Source: Isurus oxyrinchus (taxonomy: Eukaryota). Taken from it: a DNA stretch of 64,000 nt. The notes beneath the pieces were generated by a model, which worked only from the letters and a program-made list of their open reading frames with translations, ran no database searches and had not been told where the DNA came from. Below, piece by piece: positions 51,775-64,000 of the stretch. The DNA lies in assembly GCA_026770705.1 (NCBI GenBank), contig JANJGN010000007.1, positions 34,162,001-34,226,000 of the forward strand, read 5' to 3'. Made by a program: the position numbers and the translations under genes. The number at the start of each line of letters is the position of its first letter. Positions within the stretch are counted from its first letter, which is position 1.

Positions 51775-54551
51775 AGCAATATAACTGCATCCCCTCACAC
51801 CGGCGTTATTTTTGCTCCTAAAATGTAACGCCTGACTGGAGTTAGAGTGCTTTGTTTTCCCAGTGGCAAATAAAACTCTTCCATTGAACCATTTACTGCG
51901 CCAAAGAAAAAACACACAGGCAACCTCACACCCTTCAATAAAAATTCCGATACTTTCCTAGATTAACTCTTCTTATCTAAATCGACATTTAAAACCTGCT
52001 TCTCAAAAGGGCGTTGAAATCATCGTGTCCATTCCCGGGAGTCCTCTGGGTCAAATTTAAAATGCAGACTTGGTGTACTTAGCATCCCTGTTACATTTTT
52101 AGCGTCAGTTTGTACACTTTTCTTTGAATATTATTCACAGTTTAATTCCGTTCCCTATTTGGTTTTCCACAACGTTTATCAGACAAAGTGCATTTTTAAA
52201 AAAAATCATGATTTGAAATCGATAGTCCACCCGGAAAAGGTCTGAGTACAGCTTTATTTTAAATACCGGAATTCTGCTGACGGATGAAGAACACTGGTTA
52301 GAGTCGCTCCAACCGCTTACTTGGGTTTGCTAGTTGTTAATGCTCTGTATGTGCGCCTCATAAAGGCTGGGAGAAATCTGCTATTCTTATCCTCCGAATT
52401 GCAGTGCAGTTTGCAAAGATCTTCATTTTCTGACATAGAATCTTCAAGCTTTTGGGAAAGTAAATTTCAGATGGGATCCTTGAGTTCACCAGCTGTTGGT
52501 GTACATGATTCCAGCTTTTTCAATGCCTCATAACCTGTGCTGTATATTGCAGATTGTTTTTGTTTTAAATCACGGGAATATTCTTCCACCTTGTTGTCAC
52601 CAACATTCCACATCCTTCAAAGTACAGCCAAATTTGCTCTATCCATTCAGTCTCCCTTACCACACCCCGTTACATACTGCATTAACGGCAAATGCTAAAA
52701 CAAAAGGGACATTGAATTTATGTTGGTGCGTCCGCATGTTCTTAATGGAAAACCGAATCCCATGTGAAAACTCACATGCATTAATGTACTTGATTTAACA
52801 ATTCACATAAGCAGCCACTTCCCGAAAGATAAAAGTGCAAACGTCCCACTCACTGGATACTTTTAGAATAAAATACTGAATTAAAATGTTTGAGTCCGCA
52901 CAAGGACTTAGCTCCAGTACTCCCATATCATCTTGAAATACTGGAAAAACGTAATGTGGGGACAAGGTAATGGTTGTGCTGAATTCAAATGAATTTTTCC
53001 CATCGGAAATGTGGATAGGAAATGCAACATGTGCGTACATATACAAATAATATACTTATGCGTTTTCCCAGGAGTACATATTGCTATCTTAGGCACCCGT
53101 TGGTTGGTCTTGTGCGGTCAAGTCTATGTGATCTGAAGTGGTTTCGGTTACGCACTGACATGGGGGCAGGTGACAGGGCAGGTTTCAATGTGAAATCCAG
53201 GAACCTGCAGTACTCCGTATCACGATACCTAGGATTGAGAAGGAGTTGTTTAACTCCAGCCAGTATAAAGCCGCACTTTAAAATGCTAAGATGCCAGAAA
53301 TAATTCATTAGATCTCCTGAAAAGTATTCATAAGCTTACCTTTAACTCTCTTCGATGTTAACGACAATTAGAAACGTTCAAATTAAATTGTGTTGAAGTT
53401 AAATGTTTCATACTATCATTAAAAATAATAATGCCCAGTGGTTTTCTGTGTTTGAGCGCAGTGCAGTCGATAGTAGAGACCAGGTTATTTCCTGGACCTT
53501 GCATTCTACAGCTTTAGCGTAACGTATGATCGTTATAATCCCGTTATAATCGGCGCTAAACATTCTATTATCACCTCAATTGTAAATCTTCAACCAGGAT
53601 CTAAAGAATCGTCAATACTGTCCAACAGTGTAATGGCACTGGATTTAACTAGCGTCACTTTTGACTGAAAGTCAATGTTAGAATGTTTGAATAAGGCCTG
53701 TAAGACAAAACGGTGGAGCTATTGCTTTTTACTAAATTTACAACAGGTTACACCGAAAATATTTTGTTGCAGCTCTTAAAAACAGGTTTACCCAAGATTA
53801 ACCTCTATATAATGGACTGTGAAGCATAGTTAACCAGCATTGAGAATCTACATTTTATTTCAGCATCGATTCTAGCTCGAGCTTGTTCTATGTGTGACTC
53901 AAACATCCTTTAGGCGCAGCAGGCTCCTAAAGTGAAAGTTACCGCCGCCAGTCGTTGTAAGAGCAGGCAAGAGGCAAATCAATCTTTCTGTTAAGTATAA
54001 AATCTCAGAAATAACACAATTTTAAACACTTAAAAAAAGCTACAGTTCCCAAAATACATAATTAGTAGTCAAATAAATCCCAACAGAAATAGTTTGAAAG
54101 GAAAACACCATAAAGAATGAAGCATTTCCCAAATGGCAGCATAACCTAATACAAAAACAGTCAATTCTAATTTCTGCCTAAATAATCTGTGACCGGAGTT
54201 ACTGCACTGATTTATACCAGGAACATTGCTTTTAAAAACCTCCAATATATGATGCTCAAAGGTCACATCTTTTTCATGTTGGATTCTGAATCCAAGTCCT
54301 CTAACTGGAAAATATAGAGGATAAATGCTGACATCAAACTTTGTAATGTCTAAAATGTTGGGCATGAATTGCATAAGTTACTGAGGTACTTAATGACATA
54401 GACAGGTTTATTTTTGGGATGAAGGTATTTGCAGATTTCCAGGAATCTGTCAGGTCATGCTTTAAATCGTTTTTTTTTGATGTGTTGCCATGGAGTCCTT
54501 TTTGAAAATAAAACTTAGGCAAATACTGACACCTACAAAGTTATTAGTTTT

Positions 54552-54940
54552 AAATAAAAACAAAAAGTGCTGGAAAACCTCAGTAGGTCTGGCAGCATCT
54601 GTGGAGAGAGAAACAGAGTTAGCGTTTTGAGTCCAAAATGACTTCTTCAGAACTGAAGAGAGGTGGAAATGTGATAGGTTTTAACACTGTTGAAAAAAGG
54701 GGGGAATGGGGTTAAGGGAGGAGGTGGAGCAAAAGGGAAGGTCAGAGATAGGTTGAGGGTGGGTGAGATTAAATACCAAAGATGTCATGGAGCAAAAGGC
54801 AAAGGGATTCATAATATTAGTATTAAAGAAACAATGCATTGGTCCAACATAGGTGTTAATAGCAAAATAAAGGTCAACTCGGTCTGAAAGCAAAAAAAAA
54901 ATAACAAGATGCAAACTGGCACTTGGGGTGGGGGGAGGAG
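54552..54940 (-). mobile_element. Older Penelope-like pLTR/3' fragment with decayed hammerhead (54617-54654)
   Basis: Reverse complement agtt-CTGAAGA-agtc-attttg-gact-caaaac-gct-aact; aaagatgtca..caaaag and cataggtgttaa shared with 19950-19995. Confidence 0.7.
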
Positions 54941-54999
54941 ATATTAACTTTAACATTGCTTTGCTGTTGATCTTGTTGTCAGCTTGGTTCAACTGATAT

Positions 55000-55500
55000 C
55001 AGCTTTGTCTCTGAATCAGAAAGTCATAGATTCAAGCCATATCTGAAACTTGAACATCTGGTCTAACCTGACAGAGTCCCAGTGCTGTATACTGTCAGGT
55101 GATATGTTAAATTGAGGTCTTCTCTGGTTGTTCCTGTGGTTCAGATTTGTAACAAGAACAAAGAGTTCACTTTGAGTTTTGACAGTTATTTCTCCTTCAA
55201 CTAATGCCATCAAAATTTGATTATCTCAAACAATGATGAGATTAATAATCACTGAGGTAAAAAAAATGTTCATCTTCAATGTAATGATTCTGGTGGAGTG
55301 CAAATTAGGTAGGTTGGTCCAGATACCAGACAGGCAATTCACTCTGCCAGATTCCTACCCATGTGGAGAGGATGACCATTCACCTCATTGTCTGCCAAAT
55401 TTGCACATATGACAACAGTAACTTCACCTCAAAAAGGAAATCATTATGCATGTGGTGTGTTGGGAAATTTTTGATTGATGTGATAAGGAACCATAAAAAA
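55000..55500 (+). mobile_element. tRNA-derived SINE (Deu-type), decayed and interrupted
   Basis: ctctgaatcagaaagtcatagattcaagcc tRNA-like head; body resembles the reverse complement of the 24650-25090 copy. Confidence 0.5.
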
Positions 55501-56743
55501 TTCAACTTCTTCCTTTTTGTTAATTTTTAAAAAAACATTGATACCATCAGGGATTCTATCTAACATGAATTATTAAGATGGACCAAACTGACACCAGTAC
55601 AAATACCAACATTAATTTAGTTTACATTTACTCCCTCACTTCAAACTATTATTGAAATAAACAGAAAATATACATTGAACATCAAAGTTAATGATAATTT
55701 CTGGGAGTTTAACTTTTTGAGTCCTAGTCCTAATGGTGCCACTCACACTTTAAGTAAATAATCTTTTAGTTGTGTTAATTAATCATTAGGAGAGTGCTGC
55801 ACTCTTTTGATCTTGATCTTAAATATATTCCAGCTTCCAAAATGTCATGAATCTTAAAAATGAATGAGAATTATAATGTATTGGATTTTGAATACACTTT
55901 AATCCGTGAAGGTGAAGTGCGCTTTACATGAGCTCTTTTGTTCAATTAGAGTATATTTACTGGTCATTTTTTAAATAGCCAATGCTGAGCAATGGCGCAC
56001 CATGTTTTTTTAACTACTGATGCATAGATAAGGCCATGCCAGGGTGCAGAAGATATTCAGCATATCAGCTTTTACAAAGCCATATTTACTCTCAAAGAAC
56101 ACATTATGCTGTCATCATTAAATGCACATATAAACAGAATGAGTAAAATCGGTGATAGTCTGTCTCAAAAAAATGAAAGTAGCTTTTGATTAGAGCATCT
56201 CATGGTAATGGAAATCTTGGGCAATATTTTAACTCATTCAGAACCTATCCACTTACACGGAGCTGAATCAGGTGCAATGCTGAAAGATCTCAGATTTTGA
56301 AAACAATTTGACAATTTAAACTAGTTATTTAAAAAAAATTAAATTTTACATGTCATATATGCAATTTGTCCAGGACAGTAGATAATTATCACAATTGATA
56401 GTTGACAGAGAGATTTGCCCCATTTTCCTCCTATTGGATAGATGTGCCACGTGATTTAGAACTTTGCAGGTACAGGTTTAAATTCCAAGAACATCTAGCA
56501 CGTGCAATAACTTTTACTAGAATATAAATGCAGGTAGGTGACGTTAACATGTCCAGTGCATTTTATTTTGTTAAATGTAAGCACTGAAGTTATTTGTTAA
56601 CCATTTCTCGAAGTAGGTATTTTACTTTAACTGGGTATCCCATGACAACAGCTTAATTATTGGTACAGACGAGATAGTTACCAGAACAACTCATCGTAAT
56701 TCTCAGTATGCATTCCAAAATTCCATATAATTAGTTTTATCAG

Positions 56744-57780
56744 ACTAACATGTAAGGCATAACTCTCTGCAACAAACAGGCCATTTTATTCCAACATGGC
56801 TATTGCAAATTAAATATAATATTTATGGCATCCAAAGTAATGTCCACAACATTTCTGCACATATCCTGCAGTAAGCAGAATTAATAAGTCCTCTCTCCCA
56901 GAGAGGTCTGAAACCGAAACTGGGGGCAGAACCTTGGGGTTCTTGTCTGGCAGCTGGAAAGCCAATGGGTGACCTGCGATACCTCTTTTCGGGAAGACCC
57001 ACACAGTTACATGTCAGACAGGCAGTGGCGAGGCCGCCTGTGGGCCTTCCTTCCCCTGAGATCAAGACCCAGGGGCAGAAACCCCGCCTAACGAGTGCTG
57101 CTGACCAATCGGAGGCCGGCGGCTCAGCAGCGCCACTGAGGGGCGGGGTCGCGGCTGCTGCCGGAAGGACAGGCACCGGAGTCCCAGGATCACAGAAGTC
57201 GCAGGCCACAGTCAAATACTGTGGGAGGGGTGGTATTTTGCAGGGGGGCGGGATCGCAGGAAGAGGGGTTGGAAGCAAGGGTAGGAGGCTGGCCCTCAGC
57301 GCCCCCACCCTTTCCGATGCCCAGTGATCAGGCACTGACTGCCTTTAATTGAGGGATTCACGCCACCATGCACCGTCCCCCGCCCCCAAGAGGTGACAAA
57401 GCTGGTTCACCTTTCGTGTACGCCCCATGGTAATGGGCCCGCTTGCAGCTGCATTAATCCCAGCTGCGATGGGATGAGGTATGACTTAAATGGCCATTAA
57501 TTGGCAATTTAAAGGCCTCAATTGGCAGCGGGGCCGGAAGGGCGACCATCCAGAACTGAATTCCAGTGGAGGCGGAAAGGTGGCAGGATTCTGGTACGCC
57601 ACCATCCCACCTAAGTACATTCCCTTCCTGCTTCCAAGTTCACCACCAGTAAGAGCAGGATATGTGCAGAAATGTTGCAGACATTACTTTGGATTCCATC
57701 AATATTATATTTCATTTGCAATAGCCATGTTGGAATAAAGTGGCCTATTTGCTGCAGAGAGTTATGCCTTACATGTTAGT
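56744..57780. repeat. 126-bp inverted repeats (56744-56869, 57655-57780) enclosing a GC-rich transposon-like insert
   Basis: actaacatgtaaggcataactctctgca...atttctgcacatatcctgc and its reverse complement, ~90% identical by eye. Confidence 0.9.
56876..57646. mobile_element. GC-rich non-autonomous DNA transposon-like element (same family as 62391-63078)
   Basis: Shared blocks ccaatc(g/a)ga..(c/t)ggc(g/a)g and gggatgagg; central palindrome ggccattaattggcaatttaaaggcctcaattggc. Confidence 0.55.
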
Positions 57781-57899
57781 GTGATCAAAGGTCTAAGTGA
57801 CACAGCAACTAATTATGTTGCAAGAGCAGAAGATTCCACCTCTGGTAGGAGTTCTAGGCTGTTACCGTTCACTGCCTTTTTAATGAATTGAACAGTGGT

Positions 57900-58620
57900 T
57901 TTTGGAGTATGGTTAGCATTTTTTGCAGATGACACTAAAAATTGTGCAAGTGTTGAGTAGAAGAGTACAATCAAATAGCTTTTAATGCACCAGGGCAGTG
58001 GGACACACAATGGCAAATGGTTCTAAAATTGGATAAATAGTGCCAGGCATATTGGTAGGGCCACATGTATCATTTGCAGGGGGAAGCAATACTAAAGTAG
58101 ATTGTGAGCAAAAAATGTTTTGATATTGTGCATATCTCTACATGCCTTCAAGAGGGGGCTGGACAGTTCTTGAAGGGGCAGAGATTGTATCAGATGGAAG
58201 GCGAGTATCTTTAAAGAGAACACATGGTCTATATGATCTTCTGGACTGGTTTCACCACCTGAGGGTATTGGAGAAGAATTTTCCAGAATTTTTCTATCAA
58301 GGCTAGGTTTGGTCCCCTACCTTTTCCTGCCTAGCATAAGATTTTATAGCCTAAATTATTTTGCATTTGCATGGTTTATATGTTAATACATTTTAAATGT
58401 TTATATTTCTTGTTTAACCCACCTTTGTAATAAATGCCACCTTTTTTGTATAAGTGACATTTATCGTCGTTTACTATTACATGGCTGCAAGGATGAGGCT
58501 GGGGAAGGATGGTGGTGGTAGAACGGCAAGTGTCTAGTCACAATGCTTCAGCTATCATGAGGTATGGGGAAGTTCTGATGGACCAGCTGGTCTTTTCCAG
58601 CCAGTCTATTTTATATGTTC
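57900..58620 (+). mobile_element. Heavily decayed CR1-like LINE 3' end
   Basis: FADDTK at ~57922, W...WQM, FKRGLD.FL and a 3' end atggaccagctggtcttttcc..tatttt.tatgttc. Confidence 0.55.
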
Positions 58621-59488
58621 CTCGGAAGTTGCAGACTTCAGACTCTATAGCAGTCAGTACAGGAAGTGTTATTGATTTGGATACTATGCAAAAACACTTT
58701 TTCTGTAAAAACAGTTTGAGTGAATTTTCTGGCCTTCAGTTCTTGGTTTTATGGTCCATTTCCAGTCAACCATCCTACAATATTAAACATAAATACTAAA
58801 GTATTTATGGGGTTAATTATTTTAAAGCTGCTCAGTCCTTTGTAATGTAATGGGAAATGTCTAGAGAATGTATAAACCAATGAAGACATACAGATTGACT
58901 TACTTTTGTGAAGTAATTTAGAACTGAATAACAGAACAATTGTGGTGATACTATTCAAGGAGTAATGATGTATTGAAACTGAACCAGTTAGTACCAGCTG
59001 CATAACTCAGGATCATCACAGGTAAAAGGTACAAGTGAGTTTTGTCACCTGTGGCATGAGTGTTTTATCCTCTGTGAACCACTTGTAATCATGTGTTCTT
59101 TGACAACTAAAATGACATATTTTAAATTGTGATTGGAATAGCGAGCATTTAAAAAAAGTCTTAATGAGCAGATCTATAATTGGTGAATAAAAAATTAAAA
59201 TTAGATTACTTTGCACTGATAATTTAATAAAAGTCAGTGTGCTGTCTTGGTAATGTGCCAATTAACAAATATAAACTATCATGTAGACCTTATATTTTGT
59301 AAGTTTTCATAACCCTACATGTATGGGCTACCTGCATGTAAAGGATAAGACTTTATAGCCTAAATTATTTTGCATTTGCATAGTTTATACGTAAGTACAT
59401 TTTAAATGTTTATATTTCTTGTTTAACCCACCTTTGTAATAAATGCCACCTTTTTTGTATAAGTGACATTTATCGTCTTTTACTATTA
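58336..59488 (+). repeat. 144-bp direct duplication (58336-58479 and 59345-59488)
   Basis: ataaga(t/c)tttatagcctaaattattttgcatttgc...gacatttatcgtc(g/t)tttactatta, about six substitutions, no gaps. Confidence 0.92.
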
Positions 59489-61439
59489 AATAAAATAGTG
59501 TTAAATAAAATAATATTAAATAAAAAATCTATGTTTTGGGAACACACTTCATTGTATAACTATATAAATAATGACAAGAACTGCATATTTCAAAGGTATT
59601 TAGGGTTAATTAAATGGGGTTTTTATTAAATGGAAGAACACCAGGGCATAAATCAGGGCAACACATTAATAATTAACTTTGCTTTTTAGTAAAAACTGTA
59701 AAGGAGCCAAAAATGTGCTAATATATTACATGTTGATCTATTGTTAGTTAGCACTGATGTTAAATTTATTTTTTATCACTGCTGGTTTACTGGAGTTAAG
59801 GGCTCATATCACAGGAAGTCATGCAGAGATTTTTACACTCAGGTACAATTGATTTCTAAATTATTGCTGTTCTCATTTAATTTAATTCTAATGCCCACTA
59901 CTCTGTAATAGTTCAATAAAAGCTGCTATGATTGAATGCGTTCAAATAAAATATTTGATTTACATAACCACTCCAGTATGGGCAATAGTAAAAATAAAAT
60001 AAAGTGTATTTACTGAGTAATAGCATTTCACCTCAAACACAATGAATGTGAACTTTCATTTTAAGTTTATGTACATCAACATTAATAAAATGTAATGAAC
60101 TGTAAATCATCAAAGTATGATATTTATTCTGCAGAGCTTAACTCAATGCTGGAGAGATCTTTATTAAAATAAGTCTTTAATTTGATACATTCTCATAAGA
60201 TTCATCATTGTTTTGAAGCAAAATCAGAATAACCCTCCATTACTAAATCCATATCACAGAATCTTCACGTTCTGCTTTGCCTATCCAGTAATGTACACTT
60301 GAATCTGACCTGAAACTAAACAAGAACAATTCCAGAGACCTTTCAACTCAGAACACTGAAGATGAATTATTTTCCCCTGTTTATTCAGGAGGCTGCAATG
60401 CATCTTCTGGAAATATGATGTAATGTGCTTTATTATGCAATTAATATCCTGTCTGCATCTGTAATAGATATTTTGGTAATACAGCTGGTATGCTTATTTC
60501 AAATTATAGATTTACAATCTCCTCAATATAAACTAAAAAATAGCAAGCTGGTAAACAATTAAAAATACATCAAAAGGTAAGAGAACTTGAAACAATTGCG
60601 TGCCAAAAATATAAAAATGAAAAACAAAGTATGATATAGTCTGATTTCATGTTCTTCAAAATATTTCCTAAATTACCCACTGATTTCAATCAATCAATTT
60701 AAAAACAAAATTGTGTGGTCAAATCAGTCTAATAGGCTAGTGAATTGTGTGTCGGCTAAATTTCTAAATAGACTCCAGACGATTCTTGTTAGCAAGTGTC
60801 CACTTTGAAAAATATTATTGCATATTCCTGTGCAATATTATTGCACAGTTCCTTCAATGGCTCATTAAGCAAATTCACCCTTAAGTGTGCTGTACAGATT
60901 GAAAAGGTCCTTACTTTACTGTCCCATCCATGCTAAATTGGCTGATAAATCGCTTTAGACGGTAATAAAAAATACCTCCATGTCCTGCGATGAATTAAAT
61001 GCATCCCGGTTCCCTACTGCTAATTGCTATTCAGTGACCCCTGTTGGAAAATGTGTGAGTTTGAAGTGGTTCAGGCTTTGTTCTGATGCTTTCTATAGTC
61101 AAACAGCCCATAAACAATATAAGAGTTAATTTCCAGGGGGGGTTCTCCTGCTTGGCCACTGTAACTTCAATGGAAGAGCCACAGAAAACTTGGCTAGATC
61201 AATTTTTCCAGGATTTCTACTCATTGTGATGAATCGCAGCACACAATCAGAACAGCCCTGTGAAAATTCAGCCTATCCCTCTAGGTTCACACTGACCAAA
61301 TCAGCAATGTGCAGGAAGATTGCTGGTTTTTCTGGAACCATATCCCAGTGTGTATAATCACTTTAGGAAAGAAAGGGAGAAAATTGGATGAAGAAACAAA
61401 CAGAATTCTGATCTTATTGAATGAACAGTAAATTTTGCC

Positions 61440-62380
61440 AATGTACCAGTTTTAACTTACAGCATGGTCAAATTCTTCAATTCTCCCCATCTCTTCCACC
61501 AAAACGTAAGACCTCACATTTCTCTATATTAAATAACATTTCCCACTTGTCTGAGCATGCTGCAAGTCTATCCATGTCCTGTTGTAGTCGATTGGTATCT
61601 ATATAGATAAAAAAAAACAATAGTCCTTGCTCTGAACTTTGGGAACACCACTGTCTACCACCCTCTAGTCTGAAAAACAACCATTTATCTCGACTCCCAT
61701 TTTCGATCCTTCAGCCAATTTCTTTGCTGAAGCTGGCACTGACCCTCCAATTCCGTGAGCCTCAACTTTGTTAGCCATCCTTTTATGTGACACTTTGTTT
61801 GACGCTTTCTTAAAACCAACATAGACAACATCCCCTGCATTCCTTTCATCAACTTTCTGTTCATTCATCAAAAAGTCCAATTAAATTAGTCAAGCACAAT
61901 GTGTCTTCTACAAATCCTTGCTGGCTCTCCTTAATTAACCTCACAAAGTGCCTGTTGATTTTTTTCCCCCTGATAATTGTTTCTAAAACCTTACCCACTA
62001 CAGAAATTAAACCAACCAGCCTGTAGTTACTCAGATTGCCCTTAAACCCTTTCTTGAGTAAGGGTGCCACATTTGCCACTCTCCAATCCTGCGGCACTTC
62101 CCTTGTTTTCTCACTAAGGCTGGATGATTATGGCAGGCCCTTCAATTATCTCCACCCTAGTTTCTTTAGCAACCTGGTATGTAAGCCACCTGGACCAGGT
62201 AACCTATCAAGTCTAAGCACAGCCAGCCTTTCCAGTACATTGTGCTTAACAATTTTCCTCCTATCCATTATCTCTACCATTTCCACTTCTACCATCAATT
62301 TGCCAGCATCCTTTTCCTTAGTAAACACCAATGCAAAGTATTCTAGCCTTGCCCTGCGCCTCTAAACATATGTTACATAA
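61440..62380 (-). mobile_element. CR1 LINE ORF2 RT fragment (resumes after 63078)
   Basis: PGPGGLHTRLLK, PQDWRVANVAPLLKKG..NYRLVGLISVVGKVLE, ESQQGF..CLTNL, DVVYVGFKKASNKVSH, LQQDMDRL..W..FNIEKCEVLRFG. Confidence 0.9.
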
Positions 62381-62390
62381 ACATATATCT

Positions 62391-63078
62391 TGGAGCAGAA
62401 TGTTGAGGAAGTGAGTCCAGCCACAGGCTGGAGAGCCAGTGACAACCCCGCTATGTCATTCTGGCCACCCCCCCAACTCTATTTAACACCAGTCTTGGTT
62501 GCTGACAGGGTCTTTGGTGTCATCAGGGGAAATTTCCCCCTACGAGAGCTACCAGCCAATCAGAAGTTGGCAGTTCTCCAATACTAACAGTGCCACTGAG
62601 AGCAGTGGCAACTGCTGGTACTGTAGTAGGCCCGAGGCTGAGGATCAAAGCTGGAGCCCTGGAGGAAAGGTAAGTGAGGCGGACTTGCTGGTGCCAGTCA
62701 GGGAGAGCCCAGTGAAGTGGGGGGAGAGGGGTTAGTTTAGAGGGCAGGCATGGATCTTCACACAAGTGTGCCCCTTGCCACTGGTGGGACCCTCCATTGG
62801 GCTACCTAAGTAGGGGGGAGGAGCACCTCCCAGGCTTCAGGCATACCTGCCAGTGTTCATCTGGTGGTTTGTGTACATGGCATAGCCCCTGCCTGCTGCT
62901 GGTTGAATACCAGTGGCGGCGGGATGAGGCTGGCTTCCACGTGAGAAGCTATTCCTCAACTCTTCCTACCATTGACTTAATCAGGAGGAGTCAGGAAGGC
63001 AACTGGCTCTTCACCTGCACTTTCTCATCCAATTATACAGACCCAACCTGCCTCCAGGGTGAGAATTAAGTTCTGTCC
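62391..63078. mobile_element. GC-rich non-autonomous TIR element inserted in CR1
   Basis: Ends ggagcagaat.. / ..agttctgtcc are imperfect inverted repeats; CR1 sequence continues on both sides. Confidence 0.6.
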
Positions 63079-64000
63079 TTTGTCTCTAATGGTTCCCACC
63101 CTGCCTCTGACGACTTGCTCACTATTTACATGCTGGGAGAAATTTTAGTGTTACCTTTTAAGTTAAGCAGAAAAATTGTAAATTTAGTCAAGTTCAATTT
63201 AGCTTTTATCACAAATTGTGCAGGAATAAAATCTATTTTTGATCATCTTTTTGCCTCACATCTTGTATGCATAACACTATGAAAAACTAATGTTGAGGAT
63301 AGTCCCACTTTAGGATTTTTGGGACACAGACTGAACACCAGGTGGTTCATATGACCCATTATTGTAGTGACATAGTTCCTAGCTGCACTGCCCTACAATA
63401 ACATTCTTACTGAGCTGTCTCAAAGGAAGTATTTAAAGACATGGTGTGCTACATGTATATTTTTTGGAACGTTTGTTACCAGGCCACTCTCTGAATAAAA
63501 CATTTAATTATAAAACTTCTCAGAGAAAGCAATTCTTACAAGCTCATAAAACCTATTGGAGCTTTTTGGATATCTGAAATCAAAGTTAAGGTAACTCTTA
63601 AAACATTAGTAAGGCATTATTCTGGAAGCTAATATCCAGCACAAGTTCATTGTTGCCACAACAACAGGGAAGACAGCCTAAACCTCATTCTCCGCTAGTC
63701 ACTGTATAGCTTTGAATTCTTAAAATTTTACACCAACATCAACAACTGACATTTATATAATAAAAAGAATTCCCAGTGCATATCACAGATAGGCATAAAC
63801 CAAGTCAGGATAGGGAAAATTAGGGCCTGTTTCAAAGTCTGGCCAATAGTTGGATTTTATGGAGGAAAGCGAATTGCTTCTAGAGAGGGAGCTCCAATGT
63901 CAGCCAACAAGGAGGTGTGGAAGAGGAGCTGGATGGCCAGAGGTTGACTAGGAATTGAATCTATAAAGCAGGAGGTGAACAAGATGAGCTTAAAAAAAAC

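Noticed and set aside
56823-57335. 170-aa and 120-aa overlapping ORFs
   Set aside because: Lie within a GC-rich non-autonomous repeat, with no domain signature
1-64000. CRISPR arrays, rRNA, bona fide tRNA genes, let-7 cluster
   Set aside because: No regularly spaced repeat-spacer array or intact RNA gene seen; tRNA-like boxes occur only in decayed SINE heads; no let-7 mature sequence noticed

Overview
Vertebrate genomic DNA, most likely from a cartilaginous fish (inferred from the mix of CR1, Deu-type SINE, Harbinger and Penelope repeats). The one clear host gene is a complete 4-exon BARX1 homeobox gene on the + strand (CDS 41025-44007, 249 aa, all introns GT-AG). It lies in a ~29-kb repeat-poor, CpG-retaining domain (~25.4-54.2 kb) containing several enhancer-like motif clusters. 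A second CpG-island promoter at ~12.3-12.85 kb may belong to a divergently transcribed neighbour (PTPDC1 by human synteny; no coding exon recognised here). The flanks are dense in decayed transposons. The most striking non-host structure is a young Penelope-like (Neptune-type) retroelement inserted as a 2-kb inverted repeat with a 13-bp target-site duplication. It carries minimal hammerhead-ribozyme motifs with a non-canonical CUGUCGA core and G-U-preserving stem variation, and there are several miniature relatives elsewhere in the window. Several local inverted and direct duplications look like template-switch products. All coordinates were counted by eye, and boundaries of decayed repeats are approximate.
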